A stretch of DNA of 64,000 bases from Takakia lepidozioides (lineage: Eukaryota; Plantae; Bryophyta): the NCBI GenBank assembly GCA_030704615.1, contig CM060733.1:13454001-13518000 (forward strand). Direction: 5' to 3'. Of this stretch, positions 52,384 through 64,000 are shown piece by piece. The position numbers and the translations under genes are program-made. Position 1 is the first letter of the stretch; every line of letters begins with the position of its first letter. The notes beneath the pieces are model-generated. The model searched no databases. It was not told the DNA's origin and saw nothing but the letters and a program-made list of their open reading frames with translations.

Positions 52384-54635
52384 ACCATTTCTGCCAGTCT
52401 AGAGGGAGAGGTTTCTTTTCTATTCTGTTGGAATCCAAAGAAGCAGCAGACAAGGCTTTAGCATTCAACCCACACCTGCATGGTTTCTTGACGTTAATAT
52501 CTTTCCATGGTCAATGGCATTGGGGAACCGCAAGATTTGGAGTCCCAGAATTATTTCCCTCCCCTATATCCCTGACCAGTACCTCTTTTATTTGCCAAAC
52601 ATTGGTAACTTTTTGGGTGCCTACTTGGGATGCATTGGTGTCTTCAATCCCAACATGAGCATGGAGTCACTGAGGTGGAACCCAGCGTGAAAAGAGAATA
52701 GGTCCATAACATCCAGAATCAATGAGAATGGTTTTGCAAGGATTGCAATAATGATGCCAAATGACGCGGTGCTCCCAAAATTCATCAAACTGCCCATATA
52801 CAACAAAGGGAATTATTATTCAGTTAAAGTATCTGAGGATACAGCCTCGTCGGCCTGCTACTACTGTGGGTTATCTGGTCACCTAAAGGCCAACTGTCCA
52901 AAGACCAAGAGGAAAAGAGACAATGCCAATTCTGGTTCTGCACAGGCTTCATTTATTCCTATCTCTCAATCGAATCCAGGCCAAACGCAGCAGGGGCAAA
53001 TCAACCCCAACACTCATGCTCGCCCTCCACTCACTCATCAAATCCAGGAGCTCCACAACCTGGCCCTTGGAATCAGCCTTCAGGATCTCGTGTATCACGC
53101 AAACGATTCTGCAGTTGTTCAAATCTCCTCCTCCCCTCCAACAAAGAAATGAAATGAGATTATGGACCCCATGCTTTTGGAAGCATCCTCTAGATCGGTC
53201 AATATGGTTCCTCGGCAACATGATGGCCACCAAGCGAGCAGTCAACGCAGCAATGAAAGGGAAAGCAGTGGTCTCGGAGGATAGGGACACCGAGCAACCA
53301 AGATCGGCATTCACTCCCATCCGCCAGGCATCTTCCATCGCCCACAATCTGGTCATTGCAACTATCTGCAGCAATTTGCAATCCTTTCCCATTCTCACCC
53401 TTAGAGGCTGCACACTACTCGGATCATCAGGGGAGCCCAAAGCCACCTGCGTTCACCAATGGTATATAGGAGAAGGCATAGACCGGCCTTTCTCATCACT
53501 GCAAGAGATGGAATGAACCTCGAATCGCTCAGGATCACGGTTCTGGATGTCCAGTCCTTCATGTCTAAGTCCCCAATGGTTAGCAGCCCTATCCTACCCT
53601 TTGCAGCAAAATCCACAACTGCTTCAACTCCAACCTTCCCTTCTACTCTCCTCCATCTCATGAAATCATCACTTGGGGCTCCTACCTGGAAGCCTTCCTT
53701 GGATTGAGCCAAGATTTGTCTCCCTCAACACACATCCTAGCTCTAATGGACGAAAAGCTGCTTCTCAATAGTGACTTCACCCTACCAGGTGTTTAGGCGG
53801 AGCCTCCTCACTACAATGAACCTTGCACAACCAACAAAGCCCTCTCAAGAACGAAGGACGCCCTCCACACCGCCTTCACAATTCTCCATGCCATCTTGGA
53901 AACTAAGGGGCTCGAACAGAACGCCGAGATTGAGAGGCTGCGCATAGAAGAAACTCCGATCTACACATACGATCCTAAGAGCGCTATGTCAACATCAAGT
54001 TCCTCGGATCTGCAGTTAATGCCCCAGCTACGCCCACAGGCAGGCCAGACCCTCCATCATCTGACGGCCTCTCATTTCACACTCCAGATGCCGCTCCCGT
54101 CACCTACTCCAACCACCACACCTCCAGACTCCTTGCCAGGCCATGTAAGTTCTTTACCCTCAGTCATTTCCAGTCCATTTATTATTTATTATACCTTGGC
54201 CAATAACCCTCGCAAATGTAGGATCCCTTGTCTCCATCCTTCCTTCCGCAGTCCTTCATCTTGGAAACTCCTCCCGTCCATTACCTTCCCTGGCCCCCCT
54301 CATGATGAATTCTCTATGTACCTGGGTACTGGACCTCTTCCCTCCACCATCCCCACATCCATTAAACTTATCCTACTCTCTGACTTTTTTGTGCAACTCT
54401 CCTCCAGATTAGCTTCTATTCGTCTAAGAACCCTCACCTGCTCCTACTCCAGACTTGTGCCAATCAATTCTCTAGGTGAGTCACTCAACCGGGGGCTTAG
54501 CACCGCATTAGTGCTGATTGAGCTTCGGAAACCAGTCAGTCCAGCTCCCCTCAATCATTTTTGGGCCACTTGCCTTCAACTCAATTTTAACTAATTCCGG
54601 AATTTGAAGAAGTCCGGATTTAATGAAAATACGGA

Positions 54636-55680
54636 TCTATTTACTAAATACATAATAAAATTTAATACATATACACCTATATATAATAATATCATTTTAA
54701 TTTAAGTATCTAAACTAATACTGAAAATCATTTTTATATTCAATTTCCACTTTGAATGTGAATACAAACTTGTTCATACCACTCTTTTGTAGAAAAAACA
54801 TCACTACAATTTTAGTTTTTTCCACTTTGAGTGGCGAAAGATATTGGCATCAACGCATTGTCGTTTATATATGGATTTATCGACTTCAGGATTGAACTCA
54901 AAGTATTGATTCACATCTACATATACATATAATGACATATCAATATATGAAGCGAGACATTTGTTTTGTTTTGTAGCATCGTTGAGATCTCCCAAACCGC
55001 GGGCCCCAACACAAGTGCTTGGTGCCGTTGGAAAGCCCTCGATGTGGAATTTCGCTGAAAATTTGTGAAAAATAGCAAAGTGGGCTTTCATGGGACAATG
55101 ATTGGAGCATCGACATCAAGGGAAAGGTCTCCGGTCCAAATCTGTTTGTAGGCTTTGTGGAAAAGAAATGCATTTGGACTTAGATGGAAATGATTGGAGC
55201 CTCGAGGGGAGATATATCAATAATGACGGAAGATATATCAATAATGAATTGGGCATTGACATTGGAGACGTACTGGGATACATAGGAAATTGCATTCGGG
55301 CTTAGATGACACTAGACACTTGGGCCTCTACATGGGAGATGCACTTGGATACATGAATAGAAGATTGCACTTGGGCTTAGATAGGCCTCGACAGAGGAGA
55401 CACACTTGGATACATAGGAAATTGCATTCGGTCTTGGATTTCAAATCTTCACACATGGGCCGATGGCACAGGCTACCCTAGAGGTCGCACTTGGGCCTCG
55501 ACATAGGAAACGCACTGGGATACATAGGAGATCTTGCACTTGGGCTTAGATGACACAAGACACTTGGGCCAACGGCACAAGCTATCCCAGAGGTCACATC
55601 CGGGGTTGGACATAGGAGACGCATTTGGATACATAAGGGACTTAGATGACACTGGACACTTGGGCCAACGGCTACCCTAG
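54636..55680 (+). mobile_element. Non-autonomous Helitron-like element (~1.05 kb)
   Basis: A|TCTATTTACTAAATAC AT-rich 5' end and ...GGCTACCCTAG|T 3' end, no TSD, and degenerate tandem CACTTGGGC/GATACATAGGA units at 55250-55680. Confidence 0.6.
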
Positions 55681-56342
55681 TCTTTCTTGAATATGACATT
55701 TTGTTGATCCAAAGTACCAGATAGAAAAAATATATCCATGTATTACCAAAAAAATATTATTCAAAAAAATGAATCCATGTCTGATACTGACACATTGTGT
55801 TTTGTGCCATGTAATGATATGTACGTATGAACATCATACTACAAGATATTTCAGCGTTGAGACGAGTATCCAAAAAAAGCTGAAGATGAACCTCCTTGCA
55901 ATGATGATTCGTTTGCAAAACGACTACCTTGCAAGAGAGGCATAACTCTACGTCGTCGTTTACTTATACCATGTTTCATTGTCTTCCTGGTGTGCAGACG
56001 GTTCAAAATAATCTGGACATGACTCTCAACACCAGTGGACATGGTTCTATTCTCGATGTGGTTGAACATATCATCGGAATTCACGCTCGCAACCACACTG
56101 CGTGACGTTGAAGATCCAGATTTGCGGGACTCTGATTCCAACAGTCGAGTTGAGGCCTTCTCTTGTCGAATTATATTTCGCAACTCCTCCTCATGAGTCA
56201 CTGAACAAAAAATACACAATGAGACACTTCGAAATCCATGCCGAAGTACCATGGAGCCATGGGTGAACAACAATTTAGAAATTTAAAATAATTTAAAAAA
56301 AATTGTCATCATCACCGAAAATTTTTTGGCGTACCAAGATAA

Positions 56343-57101
56343 TCAGGTTGAAAGAAGGCGAGGGTGACGAATAGATGGATCAACATATCTCCCGAACCAA
56401 GACCAATGCGGATGGTCACGTCTGATGGAAGGTCGTGTTCTCTTTACACAGTTTTCACTGACATAGTCCACCACACTAGAGACTCCAATCATCTTGTGCA
56501 TGAACGGCCAAACTGTCATCACCATATCACTCACGTTTTGGTCCATAGAGGCATTTTTTCCTGAAGATAAAACCTTGAAAGGAAGAGGGAAAAACCATGT
56601 ATTCTCTGGGTTCCTTAGTGCTTTGGAAGGCTCATCATCAACTAAGAGAATCTGACCTTGTTTTGCGAATGGCTTGTTTGCAAACTTTATTAAAACTTTG
56701 TCAATATCTTTGAGCATGTACTTCATTTCATACTTGATATAGCCAGACGTAATTGTACAGTGCTCAGCCGACCAAATGAAACAAAATTGTTTCATGATCT
56801 CCGGTGGAACGAAAGCCTCCAGCATTCTGAAAAGAACATCTTTCTGGGCGCATGACCAAATAGCGACATGAAAATTTGTTGTCAACAACATCAAAAATTC
56901 AATCACATCTGGACGAGGAATTACAAATGGTGTCTCTGACACTTGAAGTTTTATGTGTCGTCCGGGATATTTAGCTCTCAACAACTCCAACCCACTTGGA
57001 GGGGGTCTGAAGCACAAAAGACCGTTGACGCTTAATATGACAAGCATTCGTTTTTTCTGATCCGAGATGATTTGGGTGTTTACGCTCTTAGAGGCGGTCA
57101 C
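56343..57101 (-). CDS. Exon encoding an FCP1/NIF (HAD) phosphatase-like domain with a non-canonical active site
   Basis: Acceptor TTTCTAG at 57102. Motifs KRMLVILSVNGLL, RPDVIEFL, FHVAIWSCA, KDIDKV and ILLVDDEPSKALRNP. Open for 252 codons. Confidence 0.72.
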   Translation of the reverse strand: MTASKSVNTQIISDQKKRMLVILSVNGLLCFRPPPSGLELLRAKYPGRHIKLQVSETPFVIPRPDVIEFLMLLTTNFHVAIWSCAQKDVLFRMLEAFVPPEIMKQFCFIWSAEHCTITSGYIKYEMKYMLKDIDKVLIKFANKPFAKQGQILLVDDEPSKALRNPENTWFFPLPFKVLSSGKNASMDQNVSDMVMTVWPFMHKMIGVSSVVDYVSENCVKRTRPSIRRDHPHWSWFGRYVDPSIRHPRLLST

Positions 57102-57864
57102 CTAGAAATAAAAATGAAATATCATTAGTACTGCCAAAGAACAGAACATAAAATAAAAATTCACAAAAGAAAGATCACTTCGGACCATATGTCGAAGTGC
57201 ATTGGGTATCTTTAAGAGAGAGGCCCCATTGGCTAGTAACATAGTTCATCTTCTGGCAACAACATCAAAGGAAAAGAAAAGAACTCATATTCTTCAACAA
57301 AACATATAAAGATAACAAGAAATGAGAATAATGCGAAAATATTTGATACCATTTTAGGCAAATCGCTTAAAGACTTCTTTTTGAGGCTTTGTGAGTCTTT
57401 ATATTGGGAGCTGCAATGAGGACAACAAATCAGCTTCTCGACCTCCATCAGCGGTCGAACACTTCAATTTTGATCTTGGGGAAATATGCCATTTATCTTG
57501 AGAAATATCCGTTTTCTCACTTGCATTCGATGACTCGGATCCTGTCGATCTACGAACCGAATTGGAGAATCTTTGAATGGAGATTCCACCAGTATTTTTT
57601 GTTGCGGACCTCACTTTGCATGGTATTTTCTCAGATTGAGAGGATGTTGTAACAAAAGAGCTTTCCTTATGTAGATCTGAAGTTATCCCTCTTGAGACCA
57701 CGAAACAATCAGACGAATGCTCGGACATGCTCGGCTCAACTGAAACATATACAAGGTCCTGCTCGCAAAATGAAGTTTTAGTACATTTACCAAAAACATA
57801 AGGAACAAACATAAAATCACATTATGTATGTTATAATAGTAACTTACCTTCGCTTCTCGTACTC

Positions 57865-58049
57865 TCGGCTCTGAGAGATCCATAAACTTCTCTTGCCTCG
57901 CCAAGAAATGTGGATTTATCCATTCTAAAATACTACATTTTGGACTTGCAACAATTGGTTCCGAAAGATCCGTGAGTTGTCCCTGCCTTGCCAAGAAGTG
58001 TGGATTGATCCACTCCAAAATACTACGTTTTGGACTCGCAGCTATCGGT
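57865..58049 (-). repeat. Two-copy 90-bp (30-aa) coding tandem repeat
   Basis: PI(A/V)ASPK(R/C)SILEWINPHFLARQ..(T/M)DLSEP occurs twice with a 90-bp period. Confidence 0.85.
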
Positions 58050-59742
58050 AATTCAGATGATGCATCTCCACAAGGGCAATTCAGATTGGGGTGGAATACT
58101 CTCCATTATAAGTCGTCTTCGTGCACATGGATCCATTCTTGTATGTCCTGATATCTGAAAGAACAAAAATAAAGATACATTCTTAACCATGACATCCAAC
58201 CAATTCATATGAATGGGGATCATGGATAAAAAAATTCCAAATATACCTCTCTCTCCGAGATCCCAGATATAACATCGGTATCTTGAATTGAGCCAATCAT
58301 TGACAATTTGCTACTCCATCTGTATAGATAGGTGAGACCCATGGTCCAATGGGCATCAAAAGACAATGATTCAATGGTGACAAAGAAACATGGGTTGAGC
58401 CTGTAAAATGGTCATAGCGGAGCAATCTGTGAAATGCATGAACACTTAATGTCAAAGGAAAAAAACACAAACATATATGGGATACTTTGCACCTCATGCC
58501 AAAGTGAAATGAAGTGAAGTGAAGATAATGATGAGATGAGGCATGCATACACATCATTGAATCACATTCGTAATTTTGATAGGTTGATTGTAAAAAAATG
58601 GGAATGAATGTCAGGAACGAACTTACAATATCGAAAACTTGGTGTAACTGACTAGGTGAAATATGAGGACGGCGGTCAAAATTTACAAGTCAGCTAGTTC
58701 TTTTCTTAGAGAAGATAATATGGTCATTGTTATATGTACTTAAGGTCTTGCCATGCTTTGTGGAACAAGTCCCTACTAATGGTACATTGATTGAGAAGTA
58801 AGGACTTCGAAACAGAGGCCGAAGCGACCTCAAGTATAATAAAAAGAAAAATGTTTGGAGAGTGGTTGGGCTTAATACCTCCATGCCCACTACAGTAGCC
58901 ATTTCATGCGGAAGTATATGAGCGTGAAAGCTTTGGTTGTCCATATCTGTAATATGATAACAGTTGTCTTGTGTGATAGTTGGGACCGAATTATCCTTCA
59001 ACTCCTCGATGCCCTGCATACAGTCAAGGATACACACCTAAAACTAACACCATAAAATCTAGAAGATATGTCAAAGATTATGAAGAGACATGGAATGTTT
59101 AAATCTTTAAATGAATGTGAAATGCAAGACATGGATGATGGTACCAGTGTATTGTCGATGTGGACATGAGTTTGTGGTAACACATTTGATGAACCCATTC
59201 TCCGCTATCATATAATTTTTCATCTCCAATTGATGGATAAGAAAATTGAGCCAATGTTTTCTCCATAAGCACATTGGAGTCGACTTGAATGCAGTAAGCA
59301 TCCTCAATGGTGCAACAAAGAGAAACAGTGTCTAGCTGAAGACTAATATTCGAAGGAGTCGGAATCCGTTCGGCGATGTTGTGTTGTGCGACGAAATGCT
59401 CCGGAGATTGAATGAATGTTGATTCGATTGCAGTTGGAGTGCTATCAATTGCAGGCTGACAAGATCCAATGGAAAGAAACGAGGGACCAAATCAATAGCA
59501 ATTGTGAAATATGATGTCAAAAATATCCATCAAGTGATTTAATGCCACACACAAGTAAGGGAACCCTATTACTTCGGAGATGAGACATTTCAATGGAGTA
59601 AATTATATGAATATTTGTAATCTATATATGCATCAATAGTTTGGTGTTCGAAAACATCATATTTTAACATCATTAGTAACCAAAGAATCAAAGATAAAAA
59701 AAATAAAAAAATGTACACGATAGAGAAGAACAAAGATGAAAT

Positions 59743-60460
59743 TTATTTGATATTCATAAATACTATCATCAGCGACTTTTCTTCAAGATAGTTCATCAGT
59801 TTTCGAAACTTTGGATCCTCCATATTCTCTGGTGGAGCCCCGAATCTCTCCGAACCAACATATGTGGCCACGGACGTTGCTCGCGACAATCCGAGGAGAT
59901 ATTTCTCAAGCTTCTTCAATAAGCATTTGTCCTTTGCAATTGTTTCAAAGGTCGGAGGGTAAATGCATGACCACGTGGGATTGACAACACACTTTGTTGG
60001 ACTATCATCAACAAGGAGAGTATTGACCTCATCATATCGACCTGGGTACTTCTCCCACACTTTCCTAAGAGGCTTAAGAAACATAGATGGATGATCTGTT
60101 TGTTTTTGTCTTGCCTTGTACTGAGGATCAGTATTTGGGGGGCAGACTATGCAGTCGTTCTGAGTCATAACAAAAACAGGTTGTGGCAGACCTTCAAAAA
60201 GTCTCTTAACAATAGGCATGAGGTTCGGAGCATCATGCAACTCCAGATAGCTAGATCAAATGAACCACTTAATGAACGCCAGACTTGATCATAACGTTCA
60301 CGTCGGTAGACCAATTTCTTGCCAATAACTAAGGGCTGTTTGAAATGTTTGCTTGCACTGGAATGTTCTTCACAACAATACCCTCCTCAATTCTCTCTGT
60401 GCGGCAAAGCACACCGTTCAGGTCAAATATAATCAACATTCGTTTTTGGACACTCTGTAT
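59743..60460 (-). pseudogene. FCP1/NIF phosphatase-like domain, frameshifted
   Basis: KRMLIIFDLNGVLC (DLNG at 60424-60413), FDLAIWSC, FLKPLRKVW and NTLLVDDSPTKCVVNP. Two frameshifts are needed (~60350, ~60225). Confidence 0.78.
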
Positions 60461-60893
60461 ATCTCGCCAAGAGGTCGCTGAGGCTCATTCTGGTGAAATC
60501 AGAGAGTTGCAACCCCGAAACAAACGAGTTAGCAAGAAGATACACAATTATTGTAATAACCATTCAATAATACGAAGGCAACTAAGCACAATTATTTATA
60601 CCGTACATATACACACATGGTTCTGGCTCCGAAATCAAAGAACCACAACATAATATAATGTTCTTGACTCATTGGGGCCAATGGACAAAGGGGTTATAGT
60701 TTTGGGTCACTGCTATATCAAGAGTGGATAAAAGATGACACTAAAGAGTTATCCATAAGTGTACGTATTACATTGGGTCATAAGATGTAATTAGCTTTGT
60801 TATGTGTTTGAGAATTCAATACTTCGGAACATGTTTTGAAGTCCACACATCTAGAAAAATTGTAGAGTGAAGTTCATATAGTGTAGTAGCACT

Positions 60894-63800
60894 TTACCAG
60901 ATTTGGAGATGTTTCACCTGCTCATTGCTCGTCTCCTTGATCTGCTGCTGTTGAGGTTGATTTGGAATGACTGGGGGAATTCCCTGCTCCTGGAGCCTCT
61001 TTTGTATTATCTCTTGGATCTGTGACAACATCTGCAGTGCATGTGCTGCTCCAGTGCTGTGTGTCTGTAGTGACAGCGGGCTAAGGACTGCGTCGGAGCT
61101 TGATTGGCTAACGTTGGTAATCACAGCATGACTTGTCACTTCCACTTGGGTCTGAGTTGTCCGATGTAACTCTGAGGGTGATTGCGACATAGTGATCTCC
61201 CTCGTTTCTGAGAGTTGAACCTAGAACACACAATTATATTCATGAAGATTAATAGTTACAAAAGATGGATATCAAACATGTAATCAAATAGTTTACCAAG
61301 GAATGTACTACTCAAATTTATTGCAGACATTCATATCAACGGTTTTCAACAATGTCTCATCATCTACCCAATCATAGTGTTTCCTGATCAGAGATGTTAC
61401 GTACTTCATTCACTTTCCCAGTAGACGATCCTTCTCTACGCCTCTTCGTGGGGATGGGAGATTGAAAATCCAGAGGCCTATCACTAGCTGCAGGAACAAA
61501 ACCCCTATCATCTTGCTCAGCCTCTACATCATCCAAGGCATTTGTTTCCTTGGACGTGGGGATATTAGACCCTCCCAAGTACCGCACCCATTATTGACTG
61601 GACACGATAAGTCGGAATGGCATGTGGGACAGGCTCAAGAAACTGCACTGTTGGTGGGCGATCACCATCATCATTGTGAAGAGCCACATCCAAGACATCA
61701 ACAAACTCTGTCATGGTATTTTCCGGGACCTGCACATCAGACGCAATTGGATCTACCAGATTCACCAGATTGGCCTGATGACCCTGTGGCATCGTAATCC
61801 AGCATCAGATTCATAGACCCAAGTTTCAAATTCCTCTCAAACAACGATAATTTCTCGTTATTTTCCTCGTTATGAGGACTACTAGTACCATCACCAATAC
61901 CACCAGTACTTGGACCTCGGGTGGCACTGCCTTCTGTGATTGAGGTGAGACTCTTCTGACCACATCGTCTTGTGGTTCCTTACTATTAGTCCCATGTTGA
62001 TTGTCTTCGTCTGACACGCTGGAATCTGAAACATCCACTATGGGATTGATTGTGGGTTCAGTGGTGGATCACGCCCTCCATGTTGATTCCCAGCGGTGCT
62101 ATGTTGGCCTTCGGTTGGACCTTTCCCTTTTCTTTGAAGCGTTAAGTGACGAAACTGCCTCTACCTTCTGTTTGCATACCACTTTTGGTCGTGGGAGTTG
62201 AAGTCAAGAACGCGTACTTGAAGAGCCTAGTGACATGATGATTAACCGTGTCAGACAAAAGATACAAGCTAGAGACAGTGGAAAAATATTAAACATCCTA
62301 CGCAGGAATTATAAAATGACTTCGGACCTTGTTTCAAAGTCATCAACTAACAAAAATGAGATAAGTGAAAGAGAGCAAATATATAAAAATAAAGTGAAGA
62401 GATATAAAAAACTGTAACTCAGAATATATTTATAATGATACTAGCACTTACATGGAGATGACAAGAAAGTGCAGGTCCTCCAAAAATATTGACCGCCGCC
62501 ATTCCTGCCGTGCAAAACGAAGAGGCGATGTACGCATAGGCAGAGCTGCGAAGCTCATGAGTGTAGGACTTCAAATTCAGCTCGCGGTCTGTAAATTTCA
62601 TTTGTACCCCCAAGACAATCTGAATTGGTTTGACTCTCAGACATCTGTCAATGTGCTCCTCTGGATGCACAAACTCTGTAGATGAGACCGGAAACACATA
62701 GTCCAGACAAAGATATGGTTCCGACAATCCAAACTTGCAGAACTTGTATTCAGTCTCCATCGCCCCAGGAAAATAGAGACCTTCAACACAAATAAATCTT
62801 TTGGCACCCTCTCCAGTTTTTGAGATGAGCTGAAGATGCAGGACTTGACATGAAAACAAAGGCAGTGCAATAAACTTCATGAATCGGAATGCTTGAGGAT
62901 TGTTGAGTAATCCGAGGGGGACCAAATTATCGAATCATCTTCTGGGAGAGTATTCACGAACACAAGACTGATGTTTGCAAACTCTTCCTTCGGGATATAG
63001 GAGAGTTTCGACTTGATATCATCTGCTTTTGCTCCAATGCCAACATGCCTATAGACCTTTTTGAAGTCAGATCTCATTGATTTTGCTTTCCCATCGTTCT
63101 CCTCAACACTTTTTTTCAGTGCAAGAAGCTCAGTGATGAATGCTGCAGGAATGGATGGCCGCTCTTTGTTCATGTTTGCCTTGTCGGCAAGCGATCCCAG
63201 TGCCTTGCATAATGACCCAAACTGGACTTTGTCAATCTGTATTTCTTCTTGACCTCAAGCCATTTTTCTCTTTTATAGGGATTTGTATTGTCCTTTGTCC
63301 GCAATGGAAAACCAAAAACATGCATGATGTTGTCAATTATAAACCTCTTTTTCTTCATGTGCTCAATATAATTGGTCATGCTCTGAATAGACTTGTCTTG
63401 GCCCTTATATGGGTGGCGAACAGTCAGCTTGCAACTGAGAAGCTTTTCCGCGATTTTCCCCAGTTGCCGCCCAGATAGCCCCTGAATAGTCCTTAGCTGA
63501 GACCTAGTCATTGGAACCTGTACACCTTTGCAAGGCTTCCAATTGTTATCGATAAGGCGTCCATCCTCCCATTTTTGGAATACCATTTTCCACTTCTCCC
63601 ACACTTCTTCCTCTGATAAAATGAGGACCATGGCCTCCTTCACAGAAATCTGCTCCATGATAACATGGACAACTTGCATAAAATCCTGCGAGATGAACCA
63701 TATTGTAAGGACACATCTCTACCATGTTCGATGAGCATTTGAAACTGAACCATTTGAAGCAAATATTGAAGCATTTGAAAAAACATAAGGTCAATGTTTT

Positions 63801-64000
63801 GCTTCTTACCACCCATTGAGCGCTTTCCGAGTGGCAGTGGGAATCGTTATATTTTTTTGGGTTTGTTTTGTAGCTCGTAAAATAATCTGCAATGTGCCAC
63901 CTTCTCTGGAAATGTGATATCAAATTCATGTGCCTTGTTCGGATCGTTTAGGAGTTTGGATATCTTCACTAGCCTCAGGACGTCATTTGACCAAATGATC
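60894..64000 (-). pseudogene. Decayed multi-exon gene of unknown function (helical region, possible methyltransferase-like fold, acidic disordered exons); runs off the window end
   Basis: Consecutive protein-like minus-strand ORFs (63170-63679, 62877-63173, 62419-62925) are joined by frameshifts. GT-AG sites are present, and there are in-frame stops at CGA/CAG-type positions. Confidence 0.5.

Larger units (their letters stand above)
50462..53152 (+). pseudogene. Decayed L1-type LINE ORF1 (DUF4283-like region plus zinc knuckle), split by the CACTA insertion
   Basis: RAFITDW..W before the insertion, SRGRGFFSILLESKEAADKAL after it, then LPKFIKLP...CYYCGLSGHLKANC. No endonuclease or RT was recognised downstream. 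Confidence 0.55.

Noticed and set aside
53896-54594. 232-aa ORF after the LINE ORF1 remnant
   Set aside because: Non-ATG start, low complexity, and no endonuclease or RT motifs; cannot be assigned.
55250-55680. Repeat array superficially like CRISPR
   Set aside because: Units are degenerate, spacers are not unique, there are no cas genes and the context is eukaryotic. Better explained as Helitron subterminal repeats.
58690-59520. Short minus-strand ORFs between the two FCP1-like domains
   Set aside because: Possibly decayed exons, but there is no recognisable motif to support a call.
56343-60460. Giant-virus origin of the NIF phosphatases
   Set aside because: Spliceosomal introns are present and no viral hallmark genes occur in the window.

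Overview
Eukaryotic, intron-containing DNA, most likely from a non-seed land plant (inferred from plant-type genes together with Tcn1-like and Galadriel-like chromoviruses). 0.5-12.4 kb holds a multi-exon minus-strand ZGRF1-like gene (two DUF2439 repeats, GRF zinc finger, SF1 helicase), followed by a decayed two-exon DUF21/CBS (CNNM) fragment. 14.0-33.0 kb is a nest of three Ty3/gypsy chromoviruses. An older tRNA-Met-primed element A (TSD GAGCG) carries a reverse-oriented Tcn1-like element C in its pol region and a young, intact element B of its own family (TSD CTTAG) in its 3' LTR. Next come a PLDrp1/At5g39570-like gene and a 4.6-kb pogo-type (DD35D) DNA transposon carrying an extra coiled-coil/transmembrane ORF. 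These are followed by Helitron-like elements, a second Tcn1-like copy D (TSD CCAAC), and a decayed LINE ORF1 split by a CACTA element with an internal foldback. The window ends in a decayed minus-strand locus with two FCP1/NIF phosphatase-like domains and a possible degenerate DNA-methyltransferase-like domain. The most notable signals are the Tf1-style self-priming PBS and -1 frameshift pseudoknot in the Tcn1-like family, the pogo cargo ORF, a structured 3' UTR in family A/B, and the right-end multi-domain locus. Coordinates, alignments and difference counts were made by eye.
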